This document shows, piece after piece, positions 13,303 to 25,142 of a stretch of DNA of 64,000 bases. The first letter of the stretch is position 1; each line of letters starts with the position of its first letter. Both the position numbers and the translations under genes were made by a program. Location: contig OX597838.1 of assembly GCA_951406725.2 (NCBI GenBank), positions 23,126,001 through 23,190,000 on the forward strand, given 5' to 3'. Source of the stretch: Octopus vulgaris. Lineage: Eukaryota. The notes under the pieces were generated by a model. That model searched no databases, was not told the DNA's origin, and saw only the letters and a program-made list of their open reading frames with translations.

Positions 13303-14758
13303 AATATTCTTATTATTATTATCGATGTGGCAGCTGATCGGTTTCCTTGGCCTTGTTTCTTTCTTCACATTGCTGAGGTTTCTGTTGCTGTAGCGACCAA
13401 AGAACAACGTCAATGATGATGATGCCGATGATGGTGGTGATGGTGATGACAACGACGACGACAACTACTATTCTCTGGTATTAATTATTGTTGTTGCTTC
13501 TCTTCTGATTGACTTCAGAAAAAAAAACTATTATTTTTGTTTTTATTCCGCTTCCTCTTCTTGTCTCCAATCAAATTTTTTTTTTAACTAAATGATTTTA
13601 TTTATTTGTTCTGTGTTTTTTTTTTTTCTGTGAATTCCTCGTCCTATTCTTTTTAATATCGTTTCTTCCTTTCGTTTACTTTCCTTTTTAGAGGTGGGAC
13701 AGGCAAGGTGGAGCAAGAGCGTTGCTGATGCTGCTGCTGTTGTTGTTGTTGTTGACAATCTCACTGCTTAAGTAATTGTTGTTGTTATTTATTGTTCTAA
13801 TAATAGCACAGATAGCCGGCTCTGGCTGCTCGGTGTTCAAATTCTATTATTATTATTATTATTTTTTTTTTTTTAAAGCAAGACAGGTCCAGAGAGAGAG
13901 AGAGAAAGAGAGAGAGAGGGAGAACACAGGTCAGAAAAATCAATAATTGAATTAGCTATGTGATGACGTTAACATCAACAACAACTTCATAGGTTCCGGT
14001 CAGGACAATCAGGAAAAAGATAAGGAAGAGTTGGACAATGACGGGAGAATAAGTTAGGGGAGAAAAAAACCCTTTCTCAAAAATTGGATCAGCTGGGTCC
14101 TTTTATTACTCAGCAATACCCCAAAATTTGTTAAGATTCGTGACAGGGTCAGGTCTTAGTCTGGGGGATATTTAGGGTCTAGAGGGTCCTGATAGAGAGA
14201 CTTCTTGCATCAAGGCTTACAAATTACACAAACAGCAGCATTAATTAACACTGTTGCTGCTGTTGATGCTGCTGCTGCCAGTGGTGATGATGGTGTTGGT
14301 GGTGGTGAAGGCCTGAGTAGAAAAGGCCTTTTGAGATTATTGTGGCTTTAGGGGGGTTATCTATATTTATTTTTTGGGGGTCTTATATTTTTGTTGGTTA
14401 GCTGGTAGGGGGTGGGTTAATTTAATTCTTATCTGTCCCTTTAATCTGGTCCTGATTCAAAAGGGAACAGGTTCTTGCCTGATTGATCCACCTTTATTCT
14501 TTATACGCACACGTGCTCAAACATTAATCTTCCACAGAAATAGGTAAACATATAAAGAGAAAGATTACTTCAAAAAGTAGCAGTAGTTGTAGTAGTAGTA
14601 GTAGTAGTAGTAGTAGTGTTGATGTTGTTGTTTACAGCAGTAAATGGCTGACGATGATGACGATGATGGTAGAGGTGGTGGTGGTGTGAGGTGGATTCTG
14701 CTCTTGATTATTGATGCTTGCAGTGGGTCCTCTTATCTGCTACATACACTGATGGCAA
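12929..14758 (-). other. Putative long 5' UTR portion of the first Git coding exon
   Basis: A strong minus-strand acceptor (TTTCCCTCTTTCTCTCTCTTCAG) ends at 14759. The 1.8 kb between it and the ATG has no recognisable SINE or MITE, unlike its flanks. Confidence 0.5.
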
Positions 14759-14799
14759 CTGAAGAGAGAGAAAGAGGGAAACACATTAAAACATGATAA

Positions 14800-14804
14800 A
14801 CGAG

Positions 14805-14835
<31 letters not shown>

Positions 14836-14912
14836 GAAAGAGAGAGAGAAAAAGAGAGAGAGAGTGAGAGAAAGAGAGAGAGAGTGAGAGAAAGAGAGAG
14901 AGAGTGAGAGAA

Positions 14913-14951
<39 letters not shown>

Positions 14952-15080
14952 AGGAGAGACAGAAAAAAGAGAGAGAAAGAGACAGAGAAAAAGAGAGAGA
15001 AAGAGACAGAGAAAAAGAGAGAGCAAGAAAGGGAAATGAGGAAAGAGAGAGGGAGGCAAAGATAGAGAGAGACAGATAGA
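14800..15080. repeat. (GA)n-rich purine tract
   Basis: Directly visible. It is polypyrimidine on the Git sense strand, just upstream of the putative acceptor. Confidence 0.9.
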
Positions 15081-15334
15081 ATGTGTGTGTGTATGTGTGT
15101 GCACAGAGTAAACACTAAAACGATCAGATCTTAATGGTAGGGTCTGCAGGAATAGTAGTAACAACAGCAGCAACAGTAGTAGTAGTAGTAGTAGTAGTAG
15201 TAATGCTAACTAATTGACAAACTACAAAACATGTATTAAATGTGTTCTCGTACACATACACACAGAGAACGTCCTGTAACAGAACATTCAACGTTAATGC
15301 AGTATAAAAGAGGTTTTTATATGCGGGACACCAG

Positions 15335-15372
<38 letters not shown>

Positions 15373-15481
15373 ATAAAAACAAATAGGTGAACATTGTATG
15401 TATACATATTTATATAGAGAGAGAGTATGTGTATGAAAGTGTATACATGTGTGTGTGTGCATATGTATATATATTCAATAT

Positions 15482-15516
15482 GTTTCTGACGAAGAGCTCC
15501 GCTCGAAACGTTAAAT
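15482..15516 (+). ncRNA. Minimal hammerhead ribozyme motif
   Basis: GUUU CUGACGA A GAGC UCC GCUC GAAA CGU U AAAU, in a truncated element copy (15479-15618) that ends in (TA)n(TG)n. Confidence 0.62.
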
Positions 15517-15618
15517 CCTCCTTCTTTCCTTCCTTTCCTGAGCGGCCAATAACACTATACTTGTTCCACATCCTCGTGTTGTTGTGTTTTCTCTTTGTTT
15601 TCATGTTTGGATTAACTG

Positions 15619-15676
<58 letters not shown>

Positions 15677-16384
15677 TTTAAGTATCTTTGATTGTGTGTG
15701 TGTATATATATATATAAATATATACACACACACGTTCATATGTACATATACACATATTCACACACATACATACACAAACATACACATACATATGCACATA
15801 CACACACACACATATATGCATATACATGCACACACATACAGATATGCATATATATGCACACATACACATATATACATGCACATACACACACACATACATG
15901 AACATATTACACATATATGTGCAGGCATATATATAAACATATATAAACACATATATAAATATATATTCACATCACACACACTTCCCTCTCCCCACATCCT
16001 TTCTTCAATACCGGAATAATGGAACAGACAATGGCAGAGAATTGGCAATCATCAGAGCACTGGACCGAGCATGTTACCATATTTGTTCTGGCTCTCAGCC
16101 CTCAAATCCCAGAGAGGTTACTTCCACCAATCACCCTCCTGGGAAGAGAGGGGGGGAAGTCAATAAATAAGGCACCAGTTAAACATTGGCAGGCACGTCT
16201 CTCCCTATAAAATATATTAAACGTTTTTATAAGTCAATAACCGTGTTCTACTGTGTTAGCAGTGCGCCTTACGTCACTTAAAGTTATCTCTACAGGTATT
16301 CTATAGAAATTATAGCCAGCACTAATTTCTGTTACATTTCATACCTCTGTGTGTGTGTGTATACATAAGAAGAGAGATGACAAA

Positions 16385-16630
16385 GGAATGGCTTGGTGGT
16401 TAGGGTGTTGAACTCATGATCGTATGGTTGTGGATTCGATTCCTGGACCGGGCAATGCGTTGTGTTCTTGAGCAAAATACTTCATTTCACATTGCTCCAG
16501 TCCACTCAGCTGGCAAAAATGAGTAATCCTGCGACGGACTGGTGTCCTGTCCCAGGTAGGGAATTTCTATGCCACTGAAACCGGGAAACCGGCCCTTATG
16601 AGCCTGGCATGGCTCGAGAAGGAAGAAGGA
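16385..16630 (+). mobile_element. tRNA-derived CORE-like SINE
   Basis: tRNA head followed by TTGTGTTCTTGAGCAAAA..CTTCATTTCAC. Relatives lie at 17418-17735 (-), 24694-24850, 25455-25790 (-) and 34433-34650. Confidence 0.72.
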
Positions 16631-18141
16631 ACAATAATCAACTATCTTATAAGCTCCATTAGCTTACAGCTGTTTCCATTATAAAATGCAGTGGACTCCT
16701 AGTCGAGCATCTGAGCTTCAGCAGAGCCCCGAAGTTCATAAGGCGATTGTTTGTACCTTTGTTGTTCCACTTTTCTTACAAGCATTCTGTACCTGAGTGA
16801 CACTTCATTCAGAAGCATGCGTGTATTGAGTTCTACACCAGGTTATTAGTTGTCATTTAACATCCGTTTTCCATGCTGGTATGGGTTGGATGGTTTGATT
16901 GAAAACTGATAAGCTAGGGAGTTGCGCCAGGTTTCAATCTGATTTGGTATGATTTCTACAGCTGGACGCCCTTCCTAATACCAATCATTCGGAGAGTGTA
17001 GCAGGTGCTTCTTATGTGCACCAGCATTGGTGCCAGTTACAGAAACATTGGCATGGCCATGACTACAATATCACTTGTGTGACAGGTCTTCTCAAGCACA
17101 GTATATTGCCAAAGGTCTTGGTCACTTGTCACTGCTTCTGTGAGACCCAAAGTTTGAAGGATGCTTTTTATGTACCACCAGCACAGGTGCCAAGTGCACA
17201 ATAGTGGCACCGATATGTGTGTGTCATCTGACATAAGTATTTCATATTTGCGTGATATAAAAAATTAAATGCATCCATTACTTAAGGCTTTCCTTGAAGC
17301 TAACAATGATTGGAAGTCATTTGTTATATTTGACTCCAGTAGAAAATTTTGGTACCATTCACAGCTTCTTAGGTTAATACAAAATATAATACACACACAC
17401 ACACATACACATAAATATGGCACTCCATCGGTTATGATGACAAAGGTTCCAGTTGATTCGAATAATGGAACAGTCTGCTCGTGAAATTAATATGCAAGTG
17501 GCTGAGGAATTCCACAGACAAGTGTATGCTTAATGTAGTTCTCAGGGAGATTCGGTGTGACACAGAGTGTGACAAGGCGGGCCCTTTGAAATACAGCTAC
17601 TACTTATTTTTGCCAGCTGAGTGAACTGGAGCAATGTGAAATAAAGTGACTTGCTCAAGGACACAAAGCGTTGCCAGGAATTGAACTCACGACTTTATGA
17701 TCGTGAGCCAAATACCCTAACCACTAGGCCACGTGTTTTATGGTATTGTTAGGTGACAAATACATAAAAAGTTTTAGTTTTTTTGTCAAATTTATGTAAC
17801 AAATTCTGTGAATAGCATAAAAAGAATGTGACATTCACGAGCAAGCTATTCAACAGTTAAAGAGGTATACATTTTTCTTTCTGAACAAGAGAAAAGAATT
17901 TTTTTTTTTAACTCCTACAATTGACATCTAAACATATTTCAGAGAAAAAAGGCAGAAATTATATTGAATCAAGAAATAAAATGTTACACACATGATGACC
18001 AGCATGAACCAGAACAATGATTTGCAAATTTTTAGTCTTAATGCATTTGAATGTAAATATGCTATTGGTTGTTATGCTTCGTCACAGGAAAACAAGTTCT
18101 CTTCTACAACAAATGTGTGTTGAAACTCTATTCATGAGCAT

Positions 18142-18201
18142 GAGGGACTCTCGAACACCCAGTGTTTCGACATTGTTGTGTCTCGGCAGTAAAAGTCCCC
18201 C
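18142..18201 (-). ncRNA. Degenerate hammerhead ribozyme motif
   Basis: GGGGGACUUUUA CUGCCGA GACA CAACAA UGUC GAA ACAC UGG GUGU U CGAGAGUCCCUC. All three stems form (stem I about 11 bp including G.U pairs), but the core has an A6-to-C change. Confidence 0.55.
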
Positions 18202-20049
18202 CAACCAGACTAAGGAATCTAACAAGGGTTTAAAGCTCTTGTTTATAACTTCAGCAAACAAATTGTTTGCTGATCCATGCTGAAATCTATTGACCAATAA
18301 TAAATTGTCACGTGCTTAGGGAACAGCAAAAATCAAACCAATCATTCGCATATTTATTCTTAACATATTCTGGTAGATTGGAATTTAGCCGAATGTATTA
18401 AAAATAAATATGCAAATCATTAAGGAAGTTATGAGGAAATAGTCAATGGAGTGTAGCACTAAACTGAGGTGTGCTATCATCATCATTGTTGTTGTTTAAC
18501 GTCTGCTTTCCATGCTGGCATGGGTTGGATGGTTTGAGTGAGGACTGGCAAGCCAGGAGGCTGCACCAGGCTCCAATCTGCGCTGGCAAAGTTTCTACAG
18601 CTTGATGCCCTTACTAATGCCAACCACTCCGAGAGTGTAGTGTGTGCTTCTGACATGCTACTGGCACGAGGGCCAGTCAGGCAGTACTGGCATCGACCTC
18701 GCTTGAATGGTGCTTTTTACATGCCATTGGCACGAGGGCCTGTCAGGTAGTACTGGTATCAACCTCGCTTGAATGGTGCTTTTTACGTGCCACTGGCATG
18801 GTAGCGCATAGTGGTTAGAGTATTCAGCTTACAATCGTAAGGTCTGGAGTTCCACTCCCAGCAGCATGTATTCCTTATAGAACTATGAACTAAACAGTTA
18901 CACATTTTGTAAAACTGTCAGCCAGATGGTTAAATATCCTGTAAATATGTTGTGGCCTAGACAATCTACTCTATGTCCAAACTATCCAGATATGGCTTTT
19001 CTCTTACAATGGTCATTCAAAAAATAAGCAACCACAATCACTGAAATCTTAAAGCTACGAGATAATGCCTGATTAATTCAACACAATGCGGGTTAATAGG
19101 CAGTACATTTGAAAGAATAATTTGAATGCTAAAGGGTTAAAAAGGTAGAATATTTGGTCTGGATGAGGCTGGTTTAGATGCTAAAGAGTGAAACTGACCA
19201 AATCCAACCTCTCACACCTACCCTACAATGTCATTCTAAAAATAAACAATCATAATCACTTAATGAAAATTTTGAAGCTATGAGATAAAAAGAGATTAAT
19301 TCAAAGCTATGAGAATAAATAAGCATTAGATTTGACAAAGTAATCTGATTGGTAAAGTGTTAAACCTTCGAATGGATTAAGCTTTAGCTAATGTTTCATA
19401 CACAATTGCATGATTTGTTAATCTCTTAAGAAATTAAAATTAATCCTTTCTACTAAACTTTTGTGGGGAAGGTATGAGACAATTACATCAACCCTGGTGT
19501 TTCATTGGTACTTAATTTATCGACCCTGAAAGGATAAAAGGCAACGTTGACCTCAGCAGAATTTGAACTCAAAATGTAAAGGCAGAAGAACTGTCGCTAA
19601 GCATTTTGCCTGATGTGCTAACGATTCTGCCACCTCGCCAGAAAGTAAAAAGAGATTACTATCATCACCACCATCATTGTATTAACAGCCACTTATCCAT
19701 GTTCACAAGGGCCAGATGGAATTCATTGAGGTGGGTACTTCTATGGCCAGAATACTCTTTCTGTTGCGAAACCCTCACCTGTTTCTAATTAAGGTAATGT
19801 TTCCCCAGGACTAGACAATGCTAGGAAGCTAGGAAATGAAAGACACTGCCGGCATGGTTTACAAGTGTAACACAATGGCAAGAGAAGGTGACATGAACAC
19901 ACACAAAAGGAAAGACGCAGGAAGATGTGGGATAAAGCGGTGAACTATGATTTTCAGTTGTTGAGTCTCACAGAGGCAATGGCAAGTGGCCAAGACTTGT
20001 GGCATTTTGAAGTGATTAAGCCTTTTGATACCAACCCACCTGAAACTGC

Positions 20050-20430
20050 CTCTGTAGTACAAATGTTTTTATTTAGTGCCGGTGGTACATAAGAGAACCA
20101 TCCGAGCGTGGCCGTTGCCAGCGCCACCCCGACTGGTCTCATGCCGATGGTATGTAGAAAGCACCATCCAATTGTGGCTGTTGCCAGCCTCGCCTGGCCC
20201 CTGTGCCGGTGGCACGTAAAAAGCTCCATCCGATCGTGGCCGTTTGCCAGCCTCGTCTGGCACGTAAAAAGCACCCACTACACTCACGGAGTGGTTGGCG
20301 TTAGGAAGGGCATCCAGCCGTAGAAACATTGCCAGATCAGACTGGGCCTGGTGCAGCCTTCTGGCTTCACAGACCCCAATTGAACCGTCCAACCCATGCT
20401 AGCATGGAAAGCGGATGCTAAACGAAGAAG
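20050..20430 (+). mobile_element. RTE-related non-autonomous retroposon (family D)
   Basis: GTTGGCGTTAGGAAGGGCATCCAGC..TAGAAAC plus 3' CCAACCCATGCTAGCATGGAAA. Copies lie at about 7140-7365, 16850-17200 (-), 18478-18800 (-), 21570-22010 and 27270-27583. Confidence 0.7.
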
Positions 20431-21446
20431 ATTTACATTTGACAGATATTTGTCCTCATCTTGTTTGTTGTTAACACGTTTCAGCTGATATACCCTCCAG
20501 CCTTCATCAGGTGTCTTGGGGAAATTTCAAACCCGGGTTCTCATTCCTAAGGTATTTTTCAATATTATTATTATTATCATTATGGATCTTTACCTTTTGA
20601 CCTACAGATTTAAAAAATAATTTTCTTTAACTAAACACTTTCAAACTTCGGACGCTGGTAGAATGTGTCATATAAAACATGTTTTACTCTTAGCATTTTT
20701 GAGAAAAACTTATATTTATGAAGATATTTCACCTTAAAGTTCTCGTAATTTCAACCAATCAATGACGTGTATTCAGTTGAATAAAATTACTGCTGTTGTT
20801 TGTAAACAACAACCATCGGTGGTGTATTATTCGTTTGTCACTGTTATTTATGACATCGTTCGTGTGTTTTATACTGGTTTTAGGGTTAGGGTTTATGGGT
20901 TAGTGTGTTAGGGTTGTCATAAATAACAGTGACAAACGAAATATACACCACCGGAAGTTCTTGCTGACAAACAACGGCAGTAATTTTATTCAGCTGAATA
21001 CACATCATTGATTGGTTGAAATTACCGAAATAGGCCAACTTTAAGGTGAAATAACTTCGTAAATATAAGTTTTTCTCAGAAATGCTAAGAGTAAAACATG
21101 TTTTATATGACACATTCTACCAGTGTCTGAAGTTTGAAAGTGTTTAGTTACAAAAAATTATTTTTTAATCAGTAGGTCAAAAGGTAAAGATCCATCATCA
21201 TCATTATTATTCAGGTCACTGCTTGGAATCGAACTCAGAATCTTGGGGTTAGTAGCCCACACTCTTAACCACTACGCCATATGCCTGTGAGCAATTATGG
21301 AGTGAATTTTAGGGGCTTATAAATCTAATATTTTGCTATCCTTCCTTAATACCGGTTCCCATATGCTACTCATATCTGCACTCAGTCTGTTTAGAAGGTT
21401 GTTGTGTCCTAGCATGTGCTGCTGCTTTTAGTTTTCATATTTTCCA
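20431..21446 (-). mobile_element. 3' end of a Penelope-like element: GIY-YIG C-terminal remnant, tRNA-like head and HHR-like tail, interrupted by a MITE
   Basis: 21446-21317 translates, with one stop and one frameshift, as WKI*KLKAAA/MLGHNNLLNRLSADMSSIWEPVLRKDSKILDL*. It is followed by A box TGGCGTAGTGG, B box GAGTTCGATTCC, an (AAT)n linker and CUGAUGA A GGCUG...CAGCU GAAAC at 20473-20515. Confidence 0.68.
20584..21193. mobile_element. Palindromic MITE with ~270-bp arms (possibly ISL2EU-type)
   Basis: Termini GGATCTTTACCTTTTGACCTAC...GTAGGTCAAAAGGTAAAGATCC. Arms span 20584-20855 and 20915-21193, with AT on both flanks. A solo right arm at 38790-38922 confirms the terminus. Confidence 0.85.
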
Positions 21447-21449
21447 GCA

Positions 21450-21535
21450 CATATGCTAGGTTAAGAGTGCAGGCTACTTACCTCAAGATTGTGAGTTCGA
21501 TTCCAAGCAGTGTCCTGGATAATAATATCGAAAAA
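21450..21535 (+). mobile_element. Inverted partial copy of the tRNA-like head at the 5' truncation point of the Penelope-like element
   Basis: GGTTAAGAGTGCAGGCTAC...GAGTTCGATTCCAAGCAGTG...AATAATATCGAAAAA is the opposite-strand homologue of 21195-21285. Confidence 0.75.
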
Positions 21536-22809
21536 TGATAAGTTATTTTACTAAATTCTTTGTTATTTTCATCATCATTTAATGTCCACCTTCCATGCTA
21601 GCATGGATGGGACGGTTTCACAAGAGCTGGCCGAGCAGAAGCCTGTACCAGACTTCTGTGACTGTTTTGGCAGGATTTTTACGGCTGGATGCCCTTCCTA
21701 ACACCAACCACTCAGCAGAGTGGACTCCTGTTATATTTAAAACCAATTGAAACAAGCACAGAGTATCTCAACAGAAACATGGTAACAAAAGGGTTAAGAC
21801 ATGTCAAGCAAAGTGAAATCGTGGTCAAGGTCAGGACTTGTGACACATAAAAGGCACCCAGGACACTCTGTAAAGTGTTGAGGTTAAGAAGGGCATCAAG
21901 CTGTAGAAACCAAACCAAAACAGGCATCTGTTTTGGAGCCAGGTGCAACCCTCCAGCCCCGGTCAAACCATCCAACCCATGTCAGCATAGAAAATGGACA
22001 TTAAATGATGATATATATATTCTTTTACTTGTTTCAGTCATTTGACTGTGGCCATGCTGGAGCACTGCCTTTAGTCGAGCATATCAACCCCAGGACTTAT
22101 TCTTTGTAGCCCTAGTACTTATTCTATCGTGATGATGATGGTGGTTGTGATGTTGATGATAAAAGCGGTACAAGAAATGGTACTAATGAATATGGTGGAG
22201 GAAGTGGTGGTGACAGTGATGGTGGTGGAGATGGCATTGACAATGGCAGTGGTGGTGATGATGGTGTTGGGTGATAGTGGAGATGGTAGTGATGATGGGG
22301 GTGGTGATGGATGATGATGGTGTTGGGTGATGGTGGAGATGGTAATGATGATGGTGGTGGTGGAGATGGTAGTGATGATGGTGGAGGTGGTGATGGTAGT
22401 GATGATGGTGAGATGGTAATGATGATGGTGGTGGTGGTGGTAGAGATGGCAGTGATGACGACGGTGATGATAGCGATCATGGCAGTGATAATAATGATGA
22501 TGACGATGGAGGAAGAGATGATAAAGAACTCTTGTCAATTTCAAGATGTTTTCTTTAGGGGCAGGGGTTAGTGGGAAGGGTCTTCACACGATATCCCCCC
22601 CCCCCCCGCCCGTATCAAGACATCAGAGCAAATAATAACTCAGCCTTCCAAGCGAATGGGAGCAGAGGGGGGGAGAGTGGGTGGACGAAACAGCAAAGTG
22701 TAACACTTTTCAAGCATTGAACCTGGCAGCAAACCAACCGAAAACAAGAAAACTAGGTTGCTATCTCAATTTGTTCCTGCCTATTTCACCTAGTATTGAC
22801 AAATCCATT

Positions 22810-23064
22810 AAGATATATATATATATATATATAGATGTGTGTACACACACACACACGTTTGTATATATATACATATGAACATATATGTCTACATACATGT
22901 GAATGTGTGTGTATACACACACATACTCGCACACAGAGGTGTATATAAATGTACACACAAACACGCATATATATAGAAACACACACATGCACACACACAT
23001 GTACAGATATATATCTATATATATATACACACAGATACATATACACACACATATATACAGATAC

Positions 23065-23095
<31 letters not shown>

Positions 23096-23645
23096 TACAC
23101 AGATACATATACACACACACATGTACAGATACACATATATATATATATACACATATATACACAGATACATATACACACATATATATATATACACACACAT
23201 ATATACACAGATACATATATACACAGATACATATACACACATATATACACAGATACATATATATATACACACATATATTCAACAGATACATATATATACA
23301 CACATATATTCAACAGATACATATATATATATACACAGATACATACATATATACACAGATACATATATATATACACATATATTACACAGATACATATATA
23401 TACACATATATACACAGATACATATATATATACACATACATACACAGATACATATATATATACACATATATAGACACATACACATATACATATATATACA
23501 GATACATATACACATATATACAGATTCACACATATATACACATATACACACAAATACACAGACATATATATATACAAATACACACATAGATACAAATATT
23601 CAGATACACATATATTCACAGATATACACATTTATACACATATAA
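22810..23645. repeat. Compound TA/CA microsatellite punctuated by ACAGAT
   Basis: Directly visible, and the source of many spurious ORFs. Confidence 0.9.
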
Positions 23646-24129
23646 ATAGGTTACATGTATTAAATAACACTTGTGGTTGAGTTTTTAATGGATGGAAATT
23701 GGAGATGAGCAGAGCAGAGTGGGGGTGGAATATTACAGCCAGATCCAACTTTATAAACCGAACGATGTCACAGGAGGGTATAAAACCAAGAAAACTACAG
23801 TTTAATAAGGCCCCGATATGCCTTCTCTCTAGGGTGGGAAGGACGGACGGAACACTAATAGTTACTCCAGCTCTAAACATCTGCTGATTCTGAATTCTAT
23901 ATGCAAATCACAACACCATCAGATGCACCCAAGCAATGAATACAGATCTGACGGGGAGTGGAACAGCTGCTTTGTACAGAAAGCTCCGACACGAGGCGGG
24001 GTGGCCTCTCAACCAAAATCTCTTTCAGATCACACCATCCCATTGTAAAGAGAATACATGTGACATGTTGGACGATATAGTTCTAAATAGACAAAGACAT
24101 GATGGTTATGGTTGGAACATCTTAAAGTC

Positions 24130-24684
24130 TTTAGCATTCTGATGATTTCCGTCAAATGTAATGCTTGTTTATTCCTAAGGTTTTGAATTAATTGTGTATT
24201 ATCCTGTAACGTGAAGATTTCAAAGATGTGATTGTTTATCCTAAAATGTCATTGTAGGGTAGGTGTGAGAGGTTGGATATGGCCAGTTAAACCCTTTAGC
24301 ATACACATTATTCTGTCAAAAATAACCCTTATTTATTCACTTTGTCTTGAATTAATCATGCATTATCTCGTAGCTTTGAGATTTTGATGATGTGATTTTG
24401 ATTTTTAGAATGACATTGTAGGGTAGGTGTGAGAGGCCAGATCTGGCTAATTAAAAAAACCCTTTAGCACTCAGACTCTTCTGCCAAATGTAATGCTCTT
24501 TTATTCATGTTGTCTTGAATTAATCGTGCATTATTTTGTGGCTTCGAGATTTCAAAGATGTGATTTGTTTGTTTTTACTATGACATTGCAGAGCAGGTGT
24601 GAGATGTTGGATTTGACCAGTTTGAATGAAAAAGAGGCAGAATATTTTGGCCAGATGCGGCTGGTTTAAATGCTAAGGGGTTAA
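24130..24684. mobile_element. Head-to-tail array of three piggyBac-like MITE units (family E)
   Basis: Units restart at (CC)CTTTAGCA near 24130, 24292 and 24460, and the last ends AATGCTAAGGGGTTAA. Other copies lie at about 10050-10235, 18900-19360 and 56802-57280. Confidence 0.7.
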
Positions 24685-24922
24685 ACAAAGGTTTGGAGGT
24701 GTGTGGCTTAGTGGTTAGGGTGTTGGACTCCTGATCCTAAGATTGTGGTTTCCATTCCTGGATCAGTTGACGCATTGTGTTCTTGAGCAAAACACTTCAT
24801 TTCACATTACTCCAGGCCACTCAGCTGGCAAAAATGAGTAATGCTGTAACTGACCAGCATTTCATCGAAGAAATCAGCCCCTGTGAGTTCGTATGACTCA
24901 AGAAGGTCACTTTATTTTTTAA

Positions 24923-25142
24923 CCCTTTTATTACCAACCCAGCTGAAACCGGCTCTGACTGAGTACAAATGTCTTGTTTTCATAAGTTTTAAATTAAAAT
25001 CTTCCACCAAACCTTAGTCACAATTTATGTTCCTAACACTAGCTGAATGATAATTAAGTTATTGTACTAAATTCTTTGTTATATTTAAATTAAAACTGAA
25101 AGAAATATAGAGCATCTCAAAATAAATATGGCAACGAGAGGG
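24923..25142. mobile_element. piggyBac-like MITE (family F)
   Basis: TTAA|CCCTTT...GAGGG|TTAA. The same family occurs at 58322-58542 and 58567-58787. Confidence 0.75.

Noticed and set aside
13168-13464. 98-aa minus-strand ORF and overlapping 70-aa hydrophobic plus-strand ORF
   Set aside because: Low-complexity AAT/TTA runs inside the putative UTR with no recognisable family. Only the short ATG-initiated uORF is kept.
20878-20915. Interstitial telomere
   Set aside because: Only a few imperfect TTAGGG units, and they are internal to a MITE.
21435-21437. In-frame TGA in the Penelope-like remnant read as selenocysteine
   Set aside because: It falls at an expected Arg position (CGA-to-TGA CpG decay) next to a frameshift, and no SECIS is evident.
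22761-23645. Long Y/I/H/T/C/V-rich ORFs here and at 15.4, 30.7, 43, 51.7, 55 and 63.5 kb
   Set aside because: Dinucleotide microsatellites that happen to lack stop codons.
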